From: an uncultured Aquimarina sp.
GTDB lineage: Bacteria; Bacteroidota; Bacteroidia; Flavobacteriales; Flavobacteriaceae
Reading direction: 5' to 3'
DNA length: 64,000 bases
Assembly: GCA_947496555.1 (NCBI GenBank)
Contig: CANMDH010000027.1
Span: forward strand, 261-64,260
The position numbers were made by a program, and so were the translations under genes. Below the pieces are notes generated by a model. That model searched no databases, was not told the DNA's origin, and saw only the letters and a list, made by a program, of their open reading frames with translations. Below, in pieces: positions 9,948 through 20,526 of the stretch. The stretch's first letter is position 1; each line of letters begins with the position of its first letter.

Positions 9948-11516
9948 TTATGCTCCCTTCTTTCTCTTACGGTATTGGTTGTAGATAATCCAACCAAATA
10001 ATACGATTAAGAAATATTTGAAATAAGAAATCGGTTTTCCGCTACCACCTACGGTGGTAAACATTCGATCCCAGCGTATTTTATTAAACAAACCTTTGGC
10101 ATTGGTGTCCCAGCTAAACCATACAAAAACTGGTTTCCCTACTATATGATTGGCAGGTACATATCCCCAGGCGCGACTATCCTCACTGTTATGGCGATTG
10201 TCCCCCATCATCCAATAATAATCTTGTTTGAATGTGTAACTATCGATAGGTTTGCCATTAAGCAGTATTTGCGTACCATTAACAGAGAGTTTATTGTCGA
10301 TACCAAGTTCAGAGCCTTCATATACTTCGATAATTCTTCGGTACAAAGAGAAGCTTTTAAGATCCATTTTCACCGTTTTTCCCGCCTCAGGAATGTAGAT
10401 AGACCCAAAATTATCCGGATTCCAGTTCACCTTACCATTATTGGGAAAGATACCTGGGTCTTTTCGACCCTTTGGAGCAACAATGCGCTGTATACTAGCT
10501 ACATTGGGGTGATTCCTGAATCGGATAGCAGCATCTTCGGTCATCCCGGCAGATTGAAATTGTTGCGTATTATACCCAAATTCATCTGGTTTTATTTTAT
10601 AACGATTATATAAATTTTGAGGGCTAAAATTGTTTCCTTTGGTAGTCCCCCTATAAGAAAATTGTAGTTGTGCACGATCTGGTAGCTCATTCTTTTTGCC
10701 ATTAATATGAACGTACCCATCTACAACCGATAGCGAATCACCGGGAACACCTACACAACGCTTTACGTAGTTTGATTTTTTGTCTATAGGCTTGTAATAC
10801 CCAAGGTTGGACTGGTCTCTAAACTTACTTACTGTATCTACTGGCCAACTGAAAACTACAATATCATTACGTTTTATGTTTTGAAAGCCTGGTAACCTGA
10901 AATAGGGATATTGAGGTTTGCTCGTATAGGATTTTGTTCTTACCAGTGGGATAGTGTCATGCACCATAGGAAAGGATACTGCGGTCATAGGTGTGCGGGC
11001 ACCATAATGAAATTTACTTACAAACAAGAAGTCACCTACCAATAAGGTTCTTTCTAAAGATCCTGTTGGGATGGTATATGGTTGCATAAAATAAGTATGG
11101 ACTATGGTGGCTGCAACAACAGCAAATAAGATCGAACTAATCCATTCTCCTGTAGCAGTTTTTGGTTTTAGATCACGATTTTCTATGTGCGATACATCAA
11201 GCATGTAGTTTACATAAAAAATATAGAATCCAAGAGTTACAATGACCAGAACAGTATCCTGGGTCGAATTTCTTCCGAAACTTCTTATGGTCTCTACCCA
11301 AATTACTGGTAACATAATAACATTGATCACAGGGACAAACAGTAGTATCACCCACCACCAAGGTCTATTTATGATTTTCATCAAGACCACAGCATTGTAT
11401 ACAGGAACGACTGCTTCCCAAGCTTTTCTACCAGCTTTTACATACAGTTTCCATGTTCCTAAAAAGTGAATAACCTGTAGTATCAGGAAAAAAATAAACC
11501 ATTCTGTAAGTATCAT
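9948..11516 (-). CDS. lepB: Signal peptidase I with N-terminal DUF5684-like membrane domain
   Basis: IPTGSLERTL (catalytic Ser), YVKRCVG (catalytic Lys), GDNRHNSEDSR. Confidence 0.94.
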   Translation of the reverse strand: MILTEWFIFFLILQVIHFLGTWKLYVKAGRKAWEAVVPVYNAVVLMKIINRPWWWVILLFVPVINVIMLPVIWVETIRSFGRNSTQDTVLVIVTLGFYIFYVNYMLDVSHIENRDLKPKTATGEWISSILFAVVAATIVHTYFMQPYTIPTGSLERTLLVGDFLFVSKFHYGARTPMTAVSFPMVHDTIPLVRTKSYTSKPQYPYFRLPGFQNIKRNDIVVFSWPVDTVSKFRDQSNLGYYKPIDKKSNYVKRCVGVPGDSLSVVDGYVHINGKKNELPDRAQLQFSYRGTTKGNNFSPQNLYNRYKIKPDEFGYNTQQFQSAGMTEDAAIRFRNHPNVASIQRIVAPKGRKDPGIFPNNGKVNWNPDNFGSIYIPEAGKTVKMDLKSFSLYRRIIEVYEGSELGIDNKLSVNGTQILLNGKPIDSYTFKQDYYWMMGDNRHNSEDSRAWGYVPANHIVGKPVFVWFSWDTNAKGLFNKIRWDRMFTTVGGSGKPISYFKYFLIVLFGWIIYNQYRKRKKGA

Positions 11517-11569
11517 CTCTAATATATTTTGTAGTATAAGTACTTCTTATCTGTAAAGCGTTACACTTT

Positions 11570-12268
11570 TTATAGTCCTAAAACATCTTTCATAGTAAAA
11601 ACTCCTGTTTTACCTTTTAACCATTCTGCAGCGATTACAGCTCCCAATGCAAATCCACTTCGATTATGAGCAGTATGCGTAATCTCTATGTCGTCTACTT
11701 TTGAAGAGTAGGTAACCGTATGGGTTCCTGGAACCTTATCAATTCTTTTTGCGGTAATTGCAATTGTATCTTGATTGCCATTATCAAGTTTCCAGGCATT
11801 CTTATTGGTGTTTTCGATAATTCCTTCTGCGAGGGTAATAGCTGTTCCACTTGGAGCATCCAGCTTTTGGTTATGATGGATTTCTTCCATGGCAATATCA
11901 TACCCTTCTACAGCGCTCATCATTTTTGCTAATTTCTTATTAAGTTCGAAGAAAAGGTTGACTCCAAGACTATAGTTTGAAGCATAAATAAAGGAGCCTT
12001 TTTTCTCTTCGCATACATCTACCATCGTTTCGTACTGATCTAACCATCCTGTGGTACCCGAGACAACCGGAACATTTGCATCAAAACAGTTGGTGATATT
12101 ATCGACTGCCGCTGTGGGAATACTAAAGTCTATGGCTACATCTGCTTGAGAAACATCATAATTGGTATCGCCTTTATCTACTTTAAGTATGATGGTATGA
12201 CCTCTTTCTATGGCAATTTTCTCTATGGTTTGACCCATTTTACCATATCCTAGTAGTGCAATTTTCAT
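11570..12268 (-). CDS. dapB: 4-hydroxy-tetrahydrodipicolinate reductase
   Basis: GYGKMG, GTTG, EIHHNQKLDAPSGTA. Confidence 0.96.
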   Translation of the reverse strand: MKIALLGYGKMGQTIEKIAIERGHTIILKVDKGDTNYDVSQADVAIDFSIPTAAVDNITNCFDANVPVVSGTTGWLDQYETMVDVCEEKKGSFIYASNYSLGVNLFFELNKKLAKMMSAVEGYDIAMEEIHHNQKLDAPSGTAITLAEGIIENTNKNAWKLDNGNQDTIAITAKRIDKVPGTHTVTYSSKVDDIEITHTAHNRSGFALGAVIAAEWLKGKTGVFTMKDVLGL

Positions 12269-12308
12269 GTTTTGGTTGATTGTTTATAAAAGTATTCTGT
12301 TTTCTTTT

Positions 12309-12899
12309 TCAAAAACTATAGTTGAATGAAACCCCATAATTAAGACCAGTATTAAACTCATTAAAGTTCACTTTTGGTTTGAAAGATAGGTCTTCGGTGA
12401 TGTTATATTGTTGTAAATGAGCTGTTACATTGGCATCCACAATGTTTAAAAGATATGCAGCTGCCGTCAATAGCAATGATAATTCCTGATCACGACGAAA
12501 ACGATCTTGTAAATCGATTAATTGGTCTTCAGAGAATTGAGGGAACTCATCATCGGTAAACCCCGCTAGCCTACGTTTGTATGCATCTCGCAGATCATTA
12601 TATCGTCCATTATTCTCTAAATAGAAATATATTCCGGTTCCTATGGCTGCATATACGATAGGTATTTTCCAATATTTTTTGGTGTATGCCTGTCCTAATC
12701 CGGGAAGCACAGCAGAATAAAATGCAGCACGAGCAGGAGCCAATGGCTCATAAGGTCTGATTTTTTTCTCTTTCCTTTTCTTTTTCTTTTTTACTGCAAC
12801 CTCTTCTGTGGTAACTTTTAACTCCTCATTCTCTTGAGCAATTATACTTTGAACAGAAAAAATCAGGATAAAAACAATATAGCAGCATTTAATTCTCAC
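12309..12899 (-). CDS. DUF5683 family protein
   Basis: AAFYSAVLPGLGQAY motif; usual position between parB and dapB. Confidence 0.8.
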   Translation of the reverse strand: MRIKCCYIVFILIFSVQSIIAQENEELKVTTEEVAVKKKKKRKEKKIRPYEPLAPARAAFYSAVLPGLGQAYTKKYWKIPIVYAAIGTGIYFYLENNGRYNDLRDAYKRRLAGFTDDEFPQFSEDQLIDLQDRFRRDQELSLLLTAAAYLLNIVDANVTAHLQQYNITEDLSFKPKVNFNEFNTGLNYGVSFNYSF

Positions 12900-13794
12900 T
12901 ATTGATAAGTTTCTTTAAACGGTTAAAATCTTCTTCAGAAGAAAACGGGATAATTAATTTACCACTTCCTTTGCTGGAAACTTTTACATCAATTTTTGCG
13001 CCAAAATACTCAGAAAAATCTTTTACTCCTTTTGCAATGTGTTTTGGTAAACCTCCGGGAGAAGATACTCCTGTAGATTTTTCTGTTTTGTTGTTTAAAG
13101 ATCTTACCAAGTTCTCTGTATCGCGTACAGATAAGGATTTACCTATTATCTTTTCGTAAATATCTAGTTGCTGCTGCTGATCATCTATATTTATAAGAGC
13201 ACGACCATGACCCATCGAGATAAACCCATCTCGCATACCAGTCTGCACGATTGGATCTAATTTTAATAATCTAAGGTAATTGGCAATTGTAGATCTTTTT
13301 TTTCCAACTCTATCACTCAATTGCTCTTGCGTAAGGCTGATTTCATCAATAAGACGTTGGTATGACAATGCTATTTCGATAGGATCAAGATCTTGTCGTT
13401 GGATATTTTCTACCAACGCCATGGTCAACGATTCTTGATCATTTGCTATACGAATGTAGGCGGGAATTGTTTTTAATCCAGCCAGTTTTGAGGCACGAAA
13501 ACGGCGCTCACCACTTACCAGTTGAAAGGTGTTGAAATCAAGTTTACGAACAGTAATAGGCTGTATAACACCCACTTCTTTAATGGATGTGGCCAGTTCA
13601 CGCAATGTTTCATCATTAAAACTAGTACGCGGCTGAAATGGGTTAACATCGATACTTTCTAGTTCTAATTCTATAATATTGCCAACTACTTTATCTGCAT
13701 TTTTATCATTAACTGACTTTATATCATTATCGGGATCCTTCAGTAATGCTGAAAGTCCTCTACCTAAAGCTTGTTTTTTCGTTGCCTTCGCCAT
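12889..13794 (-). CDS. parB: Chromosome partitioning protein ParB/Spo0J
   Basis: ALGRGLSALL, NPFQPR, GERRFRA, ENIQRQDL, HTH. Confidence 0.96.
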   Translation of the reverse strand: MAKATKKQALGRGLSALLKDPDNDIKSVNDKNADKVVGNIIELELESIDVNPFQPRTSFNDETLRELATSIKEVGVIQPITVRKLDFNTFQLVSGERRFRASKLAGLKTIPAYIRIANDQESLTMALVENIQRQDLDPIEIALSYQRLIDEISLTQEQLSDRVGKKRSTIANYLRLLKLDPIVQTGMRDGFISMGHGRALINIDDQQQQLDIYEKIIGKSLSVRDTENLVRSLNNKTEKSTGVSSPGGLPKHIAKGVKDFSEYFGAKIDVKVSSKGSGKLIIPFSSEEDFNRLKKLINSEN

Positions 13795-13800
13795 GAATCC

Positions 13801-14565
13801 TTAACTATTTTTCTTAATTATTTCGTGAGCCAAACTTAAGTAATTGCTAGCTCCTTTACTAGAAGCATCATAATTTATTATACTTTCACCATAACTAGGT
13901 GCTTCACTTAAACGTATATTTCTTTGAATGATTGTTTTAAACACCATCTCGTTAAAGTGTTTTTGCACTTCTTCAACTACTTGGTTCGATAATCTTAATC
14001 TAGAATCATACATTGTAAGTAATAATCCTTCTATATCAAGTTTTTCATTATGTACTTTTTGCACACTTTTTATCGTATTTAAAAGCTTACCTAATCCTTC
14101 TAATGCAAAATATTCACATTGAATAGGGATCATAACCGAATCTGCCGCTGTCAATGCATTAAGGGTTAATAATCCAAGAGACGGCGCACAATCTATAAGT
14201 ATATAATCATATTGTGACTTAAGTCCTTGAATTGCTTTTTTTAGCATATACTCTCGTTCATCTTTGTCAACCAACTCAATCTCTATAGCTACTAAGTCGA
14301 TATGTGCCGGAATGATATGCACATTAGGAGAACTGGTTTCCATAATGGCATCCTCAGGCCTTAGGGTGTGCTCCAAAATCTGATAAGTGCCTTTTTCAAT
14401 AGTATCTACATCCAACCCGAGTCCAGAAGTCGCATTTGCTTGTGGATCTGCATCGATAAGTAATACTTTTTTCTCTAGTACTCCAAGAGAAGCTGCTAAA
14501 TTTACTGAGGTAGTCGTTTTACCTACACCACCTTTTTGATTGGCAATCGCTATTATTTTACCCAT
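13801..14565 (-). CDS. parA: Chromosome partitioning ATPase ParA/Soj
   Basis: ANQKGGVGKTT, IDADPQAN. Start moved to ATG 14565 (MGKIIAI). Confidence 0.96.
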   Translation of the reverse strand: MGKIIAIANQKGGVGKTTTSVNLAASLGVLEKKVLLIDADPQANATSGLGLDVDTIEKGTYQILEHTLRPEDAIMETSSPNVHIIPAHIDLVAIEIELVDKDEREYMLKKAIQGLKSQYDYILIDCAPSLGLLTLNALTAADSVMIPIQCEYFALEGLGKLLNTIKSVQKVHNEKLDIEGLLLTMYDSRLRLSNQVVEEVQKHFNEMVFKTIIQRNIRLSEAPSYGESIINYDASSKGASNYLSLAHEIIKKNS

Positions 14566-14645
14566 AAGGGGAGATTTGGATTTTAGGAGGTAAAAATACA
14601 ATTTATTATATATTATAAAAATGAAAAATGTTAACAGGAGGTAAC

Positions 14646-14677
14646 AAAAAAGACCATCCCCCTTTGAGAATGGTCTT
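14646..14677 (-). terminator. Rho-independent terminator of the SDR gene
   Basis: Stem AAGACCAT / ATGGTCTT followed by a T run on the minus strand. Confidence 0.7.
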
Positions 14678-14705
14678 ATGAACTTTCGTTATTGTTAATA
14701 ACTAG

Positions 14706-15587
14706 CTATTTATTTTTTTTTGAACGAATCATTGCTTCCAATTGATCCCACATTTCTTCGGGAATTTGTTCTAGCATATTAAATTGACCTGCACCTTTAA
14801 GCCATTCGCCACCATCCAGGGTAACCACCTCGCCATTTACATAAGCAGAGAAATCTGATACCAAATAAGCCGCCAGATTAGCGAGCTCTTGATGATCACC
14901 TACACGCCCCAATGGAACCTGTTTTTTCATGTCGATTTTATCTTTTAAATCACCAGGTAATAATCTATCCCAAGCTCCTTTAGTTGGAAAGGGGCCAGGG
15001 GCAATAGCATTAAAACGCATTCCGTATTTTGCCCATTCTACGGCTAGTGACCTGGTCATGGCTAGAACACCTGCCTTTGCAGTAGCACTTGGTACGACAT
15101 ATGCAGAACCAGTCCAGGCATACGTAGTAACAATGTTAAGTACTGCAGTGTTTTTGTATTCGGTATCGATCCAGTGTTTTCCAAAACTAAGCGTACAGTT
15201 TTTAGTTCCTTTTAAGACAATATCAATGATGGTATCAAAGGCATTGGCAGAAAGCCGTTCTGTTGGTGAAATAAAATTTCCAGCAGCATTATTCAAAAGC
15301 ACGTCTACAGAACCAAATTCTTTCAGCACTTGATCTTTCATAGCTTCTACTTGGTCATAATAACGCACGTCACATTGTAAAGCCAAACAAGTACCACCTG
15401 TTTCAGCTTCTAGCTCTTTGGCGGTGTTTTGTAGTCTTTCTAGATTACGTGAAGTAATAGCTACCTTGGCTCCAAGTTCTAGGAAATACTTGGTCATCGC
15501 TTTTCCTAAACCACTACCTCCTCCGGTAACAACTATATTTTTTCCTTTTAGAGCTCCGTCACGAAGCATTTTGTCTGTATAACTCAT
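14706..15587 (-). CDS. SDR oxidoreductase, 2,4-dienoyl-CoA reductase (DECR/FadH-like) type
   Basis: TGGGSGLG, NNAAGNFISP, SATAKAGV (lacks the classic Tyr, as in DECR-type SDRs), IAPGPFPT. Confidence 0.85.
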   Translation of the reverse strand: MSYTDKMLRDGALKGKNIVVTGGGSGLGKAMTKYFLELGAKVAITSRNLERLQNTAKELEAETGGTCLALQCDVRYYDQVEAMKDQVLKEFGSVDVLLNNAAGNFISPTERLSANAFDTIIDIVLKGTKNCTLSFGKHWIDTEYKNTAVLNIVTTYAWTGSAYVVPSATAKAGVLAMTRSLAVEWAKYGMRFNAIAPGPFPTKGAWDRLLPGDLKDKIDMKKQVPLGRVGDHQELANLAAYLVSDFSAYVNGEVVTLDGGEWLKGAGQFNMLEQIPEEMWDQLEAMIRSKKNK

Positions 15588-15632
15588 ATGCGTTTGATTG
15601 TCAATATTTGGTGAAAGTTACAACTTATACTT

Positions 15633-15662
15633 CAAAAATACTATGCGCGCATAGTATTTTTG
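15633..15662. promoter_or_regulatory. Perfect 30-bp palindrome, candidate operator
   Basis: CAAAAATACTATGCG|CGCATAGTATTTTTG is its own reverse complement; 45 bp upstream of the SDR start. Confidence 0.75.
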
Positions 15663-15786
15663 TTAACTACTTAGAACGTTTGACTAAAATACTACTATTT
15701 ACAAAGCTTTGTGAGAGTATTACTAAAATATTTTATTAAGGAGTATAAAACTTTCTTAAAATGTTTAATAATTATGATTTTTTATT

Positions 15787-17550
15787 GTGAATAACACTAA
15801 ATTTAAGCTGAAGAAAGTAAAACATTGTTCTTTTTTCATGACACCTCTAAAAAAATGGCCATTCTTTAAATTAAAACTTAATATCGCATTGATATTAAGT
15901 CTCTCATCCCTTTTTGGCCAAGTGAACAAAACTAACAATCAAATTTTTGGCTATGTTACTTTCGATAACCGACCTATTAAGGATGTAAATGTTTCTTTGG
16001 AAGGTAATAAAGTGAGTACAGTTACAGATGAAAGAGGGTATTATTCTATAGAAGCTACAACAGGAGAAATCATTGTATTTTCTTATGTTGGAATGAAAGA
16101 TATTGAAATTGTAATCGAGGATATCACTGAAATTTTAAATATAAGAATGACCGAAGAAGTTAATGTTTTAGAAGAGGCATTAATCGAAGGGAAAAGAAAT
16201 GATAAAAATATTGAAAGCAACCCAGAAAGAATTACCAAGATAAAAACCATGTATGGAGAAATTGATAAAAGAAAAACGCCTTATTCTGTACAGAGTCTAA
16301 AAAGAGAAGATCTAAATTTAAATGCTATCAATCTTATTGATGCTATTAGGGGGCGAGTAGTGTTTTATGGAGAGGAGGGAGAGCGAGTTAAGATTGTTCC
16401 CTATGGAAAATTTCTAAGAGCAGGCCCTTTTGCTATGTGGGATATTGATGGGATGATTTTCGAAGAACCGCCTTATATTCATTTAAATGATATTGAAAGT
16501 GTTACAGTTATTAAACATAATGGCGCAACAGCACTTCTTGGTAATAGGGGAGCCGGAGGAATTATTGTAGTGAGAACAAAAAAAGAATCGTATCCTAACA
16601 AAACTGATCAGTTTGTAAATACAAATAGGAAATTATATCAAAATGACGCTCTACCATATCATAAAAACACCTTTAATATAAGTTTACTTGATACGATTTC
16701 CAATAAAACCGAATTAGTAGCTTCTTATGAAGCTTTAGAGATCAATTATGGAGCATCAATAGGTTTTTATTTAGATGCTTCTAGTTTTTTTAAAAATAAA
16801 AAAGGACATAGAGAATTCTCTTTACGTATTTTAGAAGATATGGAAAGAGCATTTCCATCAAATCCCGAAGTTTTAAAGGTTCTGGCGTATAGATATCAAG
16901 AGATTGGTGAGAGATCAAAAGCAATTGAAGTTTATGAAAAGGTCCTAACATTAAGATCTTCGTATGCTCAATCATTTCGTGATTTAGCGAATGCTTATGT
17001 TGAAAATAGGCAATACGAAGAAGCCTGGGAAATATATATTCGATATTTACGAAGGGGATTTAAATTACAAGCTGAAGGTATAGAAAGAATGGTTTATAAC
17101 GAAATGAAATATTTATACACGAGGAAAAAAGTTGAAGCAAATATTAAAGAAACTTTTTTTACAAGAAATTATTCAGAATTACCAGATAGCGATGTCCGTA
17201 TTGTTTTTGAATGGAATACTTCTGAAGCAGAGTTTTCTCTGGAATTTGTGCATCCAAAGAGCGATTACTTTGTTTTTGAGCATTCTTTTGAAAAAAATAA
17301 GAATCGTATTAAAGATGAAAAAATGAAGGGATATTCTTCTGAAGAATTTTTTATTTATGAATTAGAGCCTAAGGATTGGCAAATAAATATTACTTATTTA
17401 GGTAATAAAAAATATGATCCTACCTATCTAAAAGCGACAATATATAAAAATTGGGGAAGAACAAATCAATCTGCTGAAATAAAGTTATTTCAGTTAGATC
17501 AATATAATCACAAAATGGAATTGTTTAAATTTAATTCGATATCTTGGTAA
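15787..17550 (+). CDS. Exported CarboxypepD_reg-like + TonB plug-like + TPR + YfaP/DUF2135-like protein (no beta-barrel)
   Basis: TVTDERGYYSI / FSYVGM (carboxypeptidase-regulatory-like), DIESVTVIK...GNRGAGGIIVVRTK (plug), TPRs, DVRIVFEWN. Start may be ATG 15838. Confidence 0.7.
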   Translation: MNNTKFKLKKVKHCSFFMTPLKKWPFFKLKLNIALILSLSSLFGQVNKTNNQIFGYVTFDNRPIKDVNVSLEGNKVSTVTDERGYYSIEATTGEIIVFSYVGMKDIEIVIEDITEILNIRMTEEVNVLEEALIEGKRNDKNIESNPERITKIKTMYGEIDKRKTPYSVQSLKREDLNLNAINLIDAIRGRVVFYGEEGERVKIVPYGKFLRAGPFAMWDIDGMIFEEPPYIHLNDIESVTVIKHNGATALLGNRGAGGIIVVRTKKESYPNKTDQFVNTNRKLYQNDALPYHKNTFNISLLDTISNKTELVASYEALEINYGASIGFYLDASSFFKNKKGHREFSLRILEDMERAFPSNPEVLKVLAYRYQEIGERSKAIEVYEKVLTLRSSYAQSFRDLANAYVENRQYEEAWEIYIRYLRRGFKLQAEGIERMVYNEMKYLYTRKKVEANIKETFFTRNYSELPDSDVRIVFEWNTSEAEFSLEFVHPKSDYFVFEHSFEKNKNRIKDEKMKGYSSEEFFIYELEPKDWQINITYLGNKKYDPTYLKATIYKNWGRTNQSAEIKLFQLDQYNHKMELFKFNSISW

Positions 17551-17562
17551 TAGCATAGTATT

Positions 17563-19695
17563 TTATTCAAATGCAGAAATCAAAATTTCTAAAATAGTGA
17601 TGGCAGCATCACTAATCTTGGTTCCAGGCCCGAAAATAGCAACTGCACCGGCTTCGAACAAGAAATCATAATCATCTGGCGGAATAACACCCCCAACAAT
17701 AATCATAATATCTTCACGGCCATATTTTTTGAGTTCTTCCACGATTTGAGGAACCAGCGTTTTATGGCCCCCAGCAAGAGAAGAAACTCCCACAATATGT
17801 ACATCGTTTTCTACGGCTTGTTTTGCGGCTTCGGCCGGGGTCTGGAATAATGGGCCAATATCTACATCAAAGCCAACATCGGCATAACTGGTGGCTACCA
17901 CTTTTGCCCCTCGATCATGACCATCTTGCCCCATTTTGGCAATCATAATTCTTGGCCTACGACCTTCTAATTCGGCAAACTGATTGGCAAGTTCTCTAGC
18001 CTTATCAAAAGATTCGTCGTTTTTTATTTCCTTGGCATACACCCCTGTAAATGTTTTTATTTGCGCTTTGTATCTTCCAAATTCTTTTTCTAGTGCGTCA
18101 CTTATTTCTCCTAATGTGGCTCTTAATCTAGCAGCTTCAACAGCTAAAGCTAGTAAATTTTGATCAGTATCTGCAGCCGCAATGGATAGATTTTTTAGAG
18201 CTTTTTGTACCGCTTGCTCGTCTCTGGATGCTTTTACTTTTTGTAAACCTTCTATTTGTTGGGAACGTACAGCCTGATTATCTACTTTTAAAGTGCTTAT
18301 GGCTTCTTCTTCCTCTAATTTGAATTTATTAACCCCTATAATTATATCTTGTTCACTATCGATTCTGGCTTGTTTTCGAGCGGCAGCTTCTTCAATCCTC
18401 ATTTTAGGGATTCCAGCTTCGATAGCCTTGGTCATTCCTCCTAATTCTTCAACTTCTTCAAGTAATTCCCAAGCTTTTTTGGCGATATCATCTGTAAGCG
18501 ATTCTACATAATAGCTTCCTGCCCATGGATCTACAGTGCGTGTTATATTGGTTTCTTCCTGCAGGTAAATCTGTGTATTTCTGGCGATTCTGGCCGAAAA
18601 ATCGGTTGGAAGCGCTATGGCTTCATCTAAGGCATTGGTGTGTAAACTTTGGGTTCCGCCAAAAGCAGCGGCACTGGCTTCGATACATGTTCGAGCTACA
18701 TTATTGAAAGGGTCTTGCGCAGTTAAGCTCCATCCGCTGGTTTGACAATGAGTGCGCAGCATTAAAGATTTTGGATTCTTTGGATTAAATTGCTTGATCA
18801 ATTTTGCCCATAACATTCTGGCGGCTCTCATTTTGGCAATTTCCATAAAATGATTCATCCCAATTGCCCAGAAGAAGGATAGGCGAGGGGCAAATGAATC
18901 GACATCTAATCCAGCTTCGATACCTTTTCGTATATATTCTAATCCATCGGCAAGGGTATATGCTAATTCTATATCGCATGTAGCTCCGGCCTCCTGCATA
19001 TGGTATCCTGAGATGCTGATGGGATTAAATTTGGGCATATTTTTAGAACAATACTTAAATATGTCACTTATAATTCGCATTGACGGAGTAGGAGGATATA
19101 TATAGGTATTGCGTACCATGAACTCCTTTAGGATGTCATTTTGTATAGTGCCGGCCAATAAATTTTTATCCACACCCTGTTCTTCAGCGGCCACAATGTA
19201 AAATGCCATAATGGGTAATACGGCCCCATTCATAGTCATAGAGACTGACATCTTATCGAGTGGAATTTGATCAAAAAGTATCTTCATGTCTTCGACAGTG
19301 TCGATAGCAACTCCAGCCATCCCTACATCTCCGACTACTCTTTCGTGATCACTGTCATACCCCCGATGCGTAGCAAGGTCAAACGCCACCGATAGACCTT
19401 TTTGACCAGCTGCAAGATTTCTTCGGTAAAAGGCGTTACTTTCTTCTGCTGTTGAAAAACCTGCATATTGCCTAATGGTCCATGGCCTGCGCACATACAT
19501 TGTAGAGTAGGGACCTCTTAAATATGGCGGAGTACCCGCAGAAAAATTAAGATGATCTAGGTCTTTAATGTCATCTTCAACGTAGTGCGATTTAATATCA
19601 ATCCCTTCAGAGGTTCTAAAGGCAGAGCTTTGTGATGTACTTTTGGATATTATTTGTTTAGGTAACTCAATACCTTGTATATCTTTTCTACTCAT
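17563..19695 (-). CDS. scpA: Methylmalonyl-CoA mutase, catalytic B12-binding subunit
   Basis: [20 protein letters not shown]12 motif [15 protein letters not shown]. Confidence 0.97.
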   Translation of the reverse strand: MSRKDIQGIELPKQIISKSTSQSSAFRTSEGIDIKSHYVEDDIKDLDHLNFSAGTPPYLRGPYSTMYVRRPWTIRQYAGFSTAEESNAFYRRNLAAGQKGLSVAFDLATHRGYDSDHERVVGDVGMAGVAIDTVEDMKILFDQIPLDKMSVSMTMNGAVLPIMAFYIVAAEEQGVDKNLLAGTIQNDILKEFMVRNTYIYPPTPSMRIISDIFKYCSKNMPKFNPISISGYHMQEAGATCDIELAYTLADGLEYIRKGIEAGLDVDSFAPRLSFFWAIGMNHFMEIAKMRAARMLWAKLIKQFNPKNPKSLMLRTHCQTSGWSLTAQDPFNNVARTCIEASAAAFGGTQSLHTNALDEAIALPTDFSARIARNTQIYLQEETNITRTVDPWAGSYYVESLTDDIAKKAWELLEEVEELGGMTKAIEAGIPKMRIEEAAARKQARIDSEQDIIIGVNKFKLEEEEAISTLKVDNQAVRSQQIEGLQKVKASRDEQAVQKALKNLSIAAADTDQNLLALAVEAARLRATLGEISDALEKEFGRYKAQIKTFTGVYAKEIKNDESFDKARELANQFAELEGRRPRIMIAKMGQDGHDRGAKVVATSYADVGFDVDIGPLFQTPAEAAKQAVENDVHIVGVSSLAGGHKTLVPQIVEELKKYGREDIMIIVGGVIPPDDYDFLFEAGAVAIFGPGTKISDAAITILEILISAFE

Positions 19696-19807
19696 TACTT
19701 AAAGAGGCATTTTTAGAATGCTAAATTAAAAGCACTGTAAAATTAAGCTTTTAGAAATGATTTTTATTCAAAAAAAACACTCTTTAGTGCGAATATTTCA
19801 AAAAAGA

Positions 19808-20437
19808 CTATTGAAATGCTTTTTCGATAACCATAAGTATTGAATAGTAAATATCAAAGGCTATAAACTTTTTGATCTGACCGGTTTTAAATTCTCTGTC
19901 GGTTATGTAATAAATTTTTTGAGAAATAAGTGAAGTACTTACATTGCCATCACCTTCTAGTGTAGTGATGATTTCTTTAAAATCGTCACTACTACTTGTA
20001 TTTTTAAGGCATTGTATAAGTCCGCCGCGATAGTTGAAAATCATGATCTCTTCTTGATTTTTACCACCAGTAGAAGGATAAGATTTCTTTACGGCCTCTT
20101 GATTTTCATAATCGCTTAGTTTTATCCAGAGTGAGTTTTTACCTGTAGCAGCTTTTTTAAACTCTCGGGTTAATTGTATAGAATTACTGGATGGCAACTT
20201 TCTAAGATCTAAAGAAAGACTCGCTACTTCTGCCAAAAAGGTTCTATACGTTTTGATGGAGTCATTTCCGAACTTATAATAAGTAAATAAATCGTTTTCA
20301 AAAGATTCGAATGCTCTTTTGGATAAACCACTCGCATCAATACTCAGACAATCAATATTTGTCTGTGCATATGAAGTACATGTTGACGATAAGAACAATA
20401 CCAGTAGTATCGTTCTGAATCTAATCTTAAGGGGCAT
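19808..20437 (-). CDS. Hypothetical exported protein
   Basis: 209-aa ORF with a signal-peptide-like N-terminus; no motif recognised. Confidence 0.6.
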   Translation of the reverse strand: MPLKIRFRTILLVLFLSSTCTSYAQTNIDCLSIDASGLSKRAFESFENDLFTYYKFGNDSIKTYRTFLAEVASLSLDLRKLPSSNSIQLTREFKKAATGKNSLWIKLSDYENQEAVKKSYPSTGGKNQEEIMIFNYRGGLIQCLKNTSSSDDFKEIITTLEGDGNVSTSLISQKIYYITDREFKTGQIKKFIAFDIYYSILMVIEKAFQ

Positions 20438-20526
20438 TGATTTAGATTTAGTAATGTTAGTGTATAGGCTGATTTTTGTTATTAATTAATTTGCAAGTTA
20501 ACAATAAGTTGGCAAATATTAACGTT

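Noticed and set aside
12889..14700. parS sites or replication origin near parAB/recF
   Set aside because: No match to TGTTTCACGTGAAACA and no DnaA-box cluster found by eye; dnaA and dnaN are absent. GTTTCACG near 44675 is intragenic and not palindromic.
19708..19759. Imperfect inverted repeat upstream of scpA as a cobalamin riboswitch
   Set aside because: Too short, AT-rich and mismatched; no B12-box motifs.
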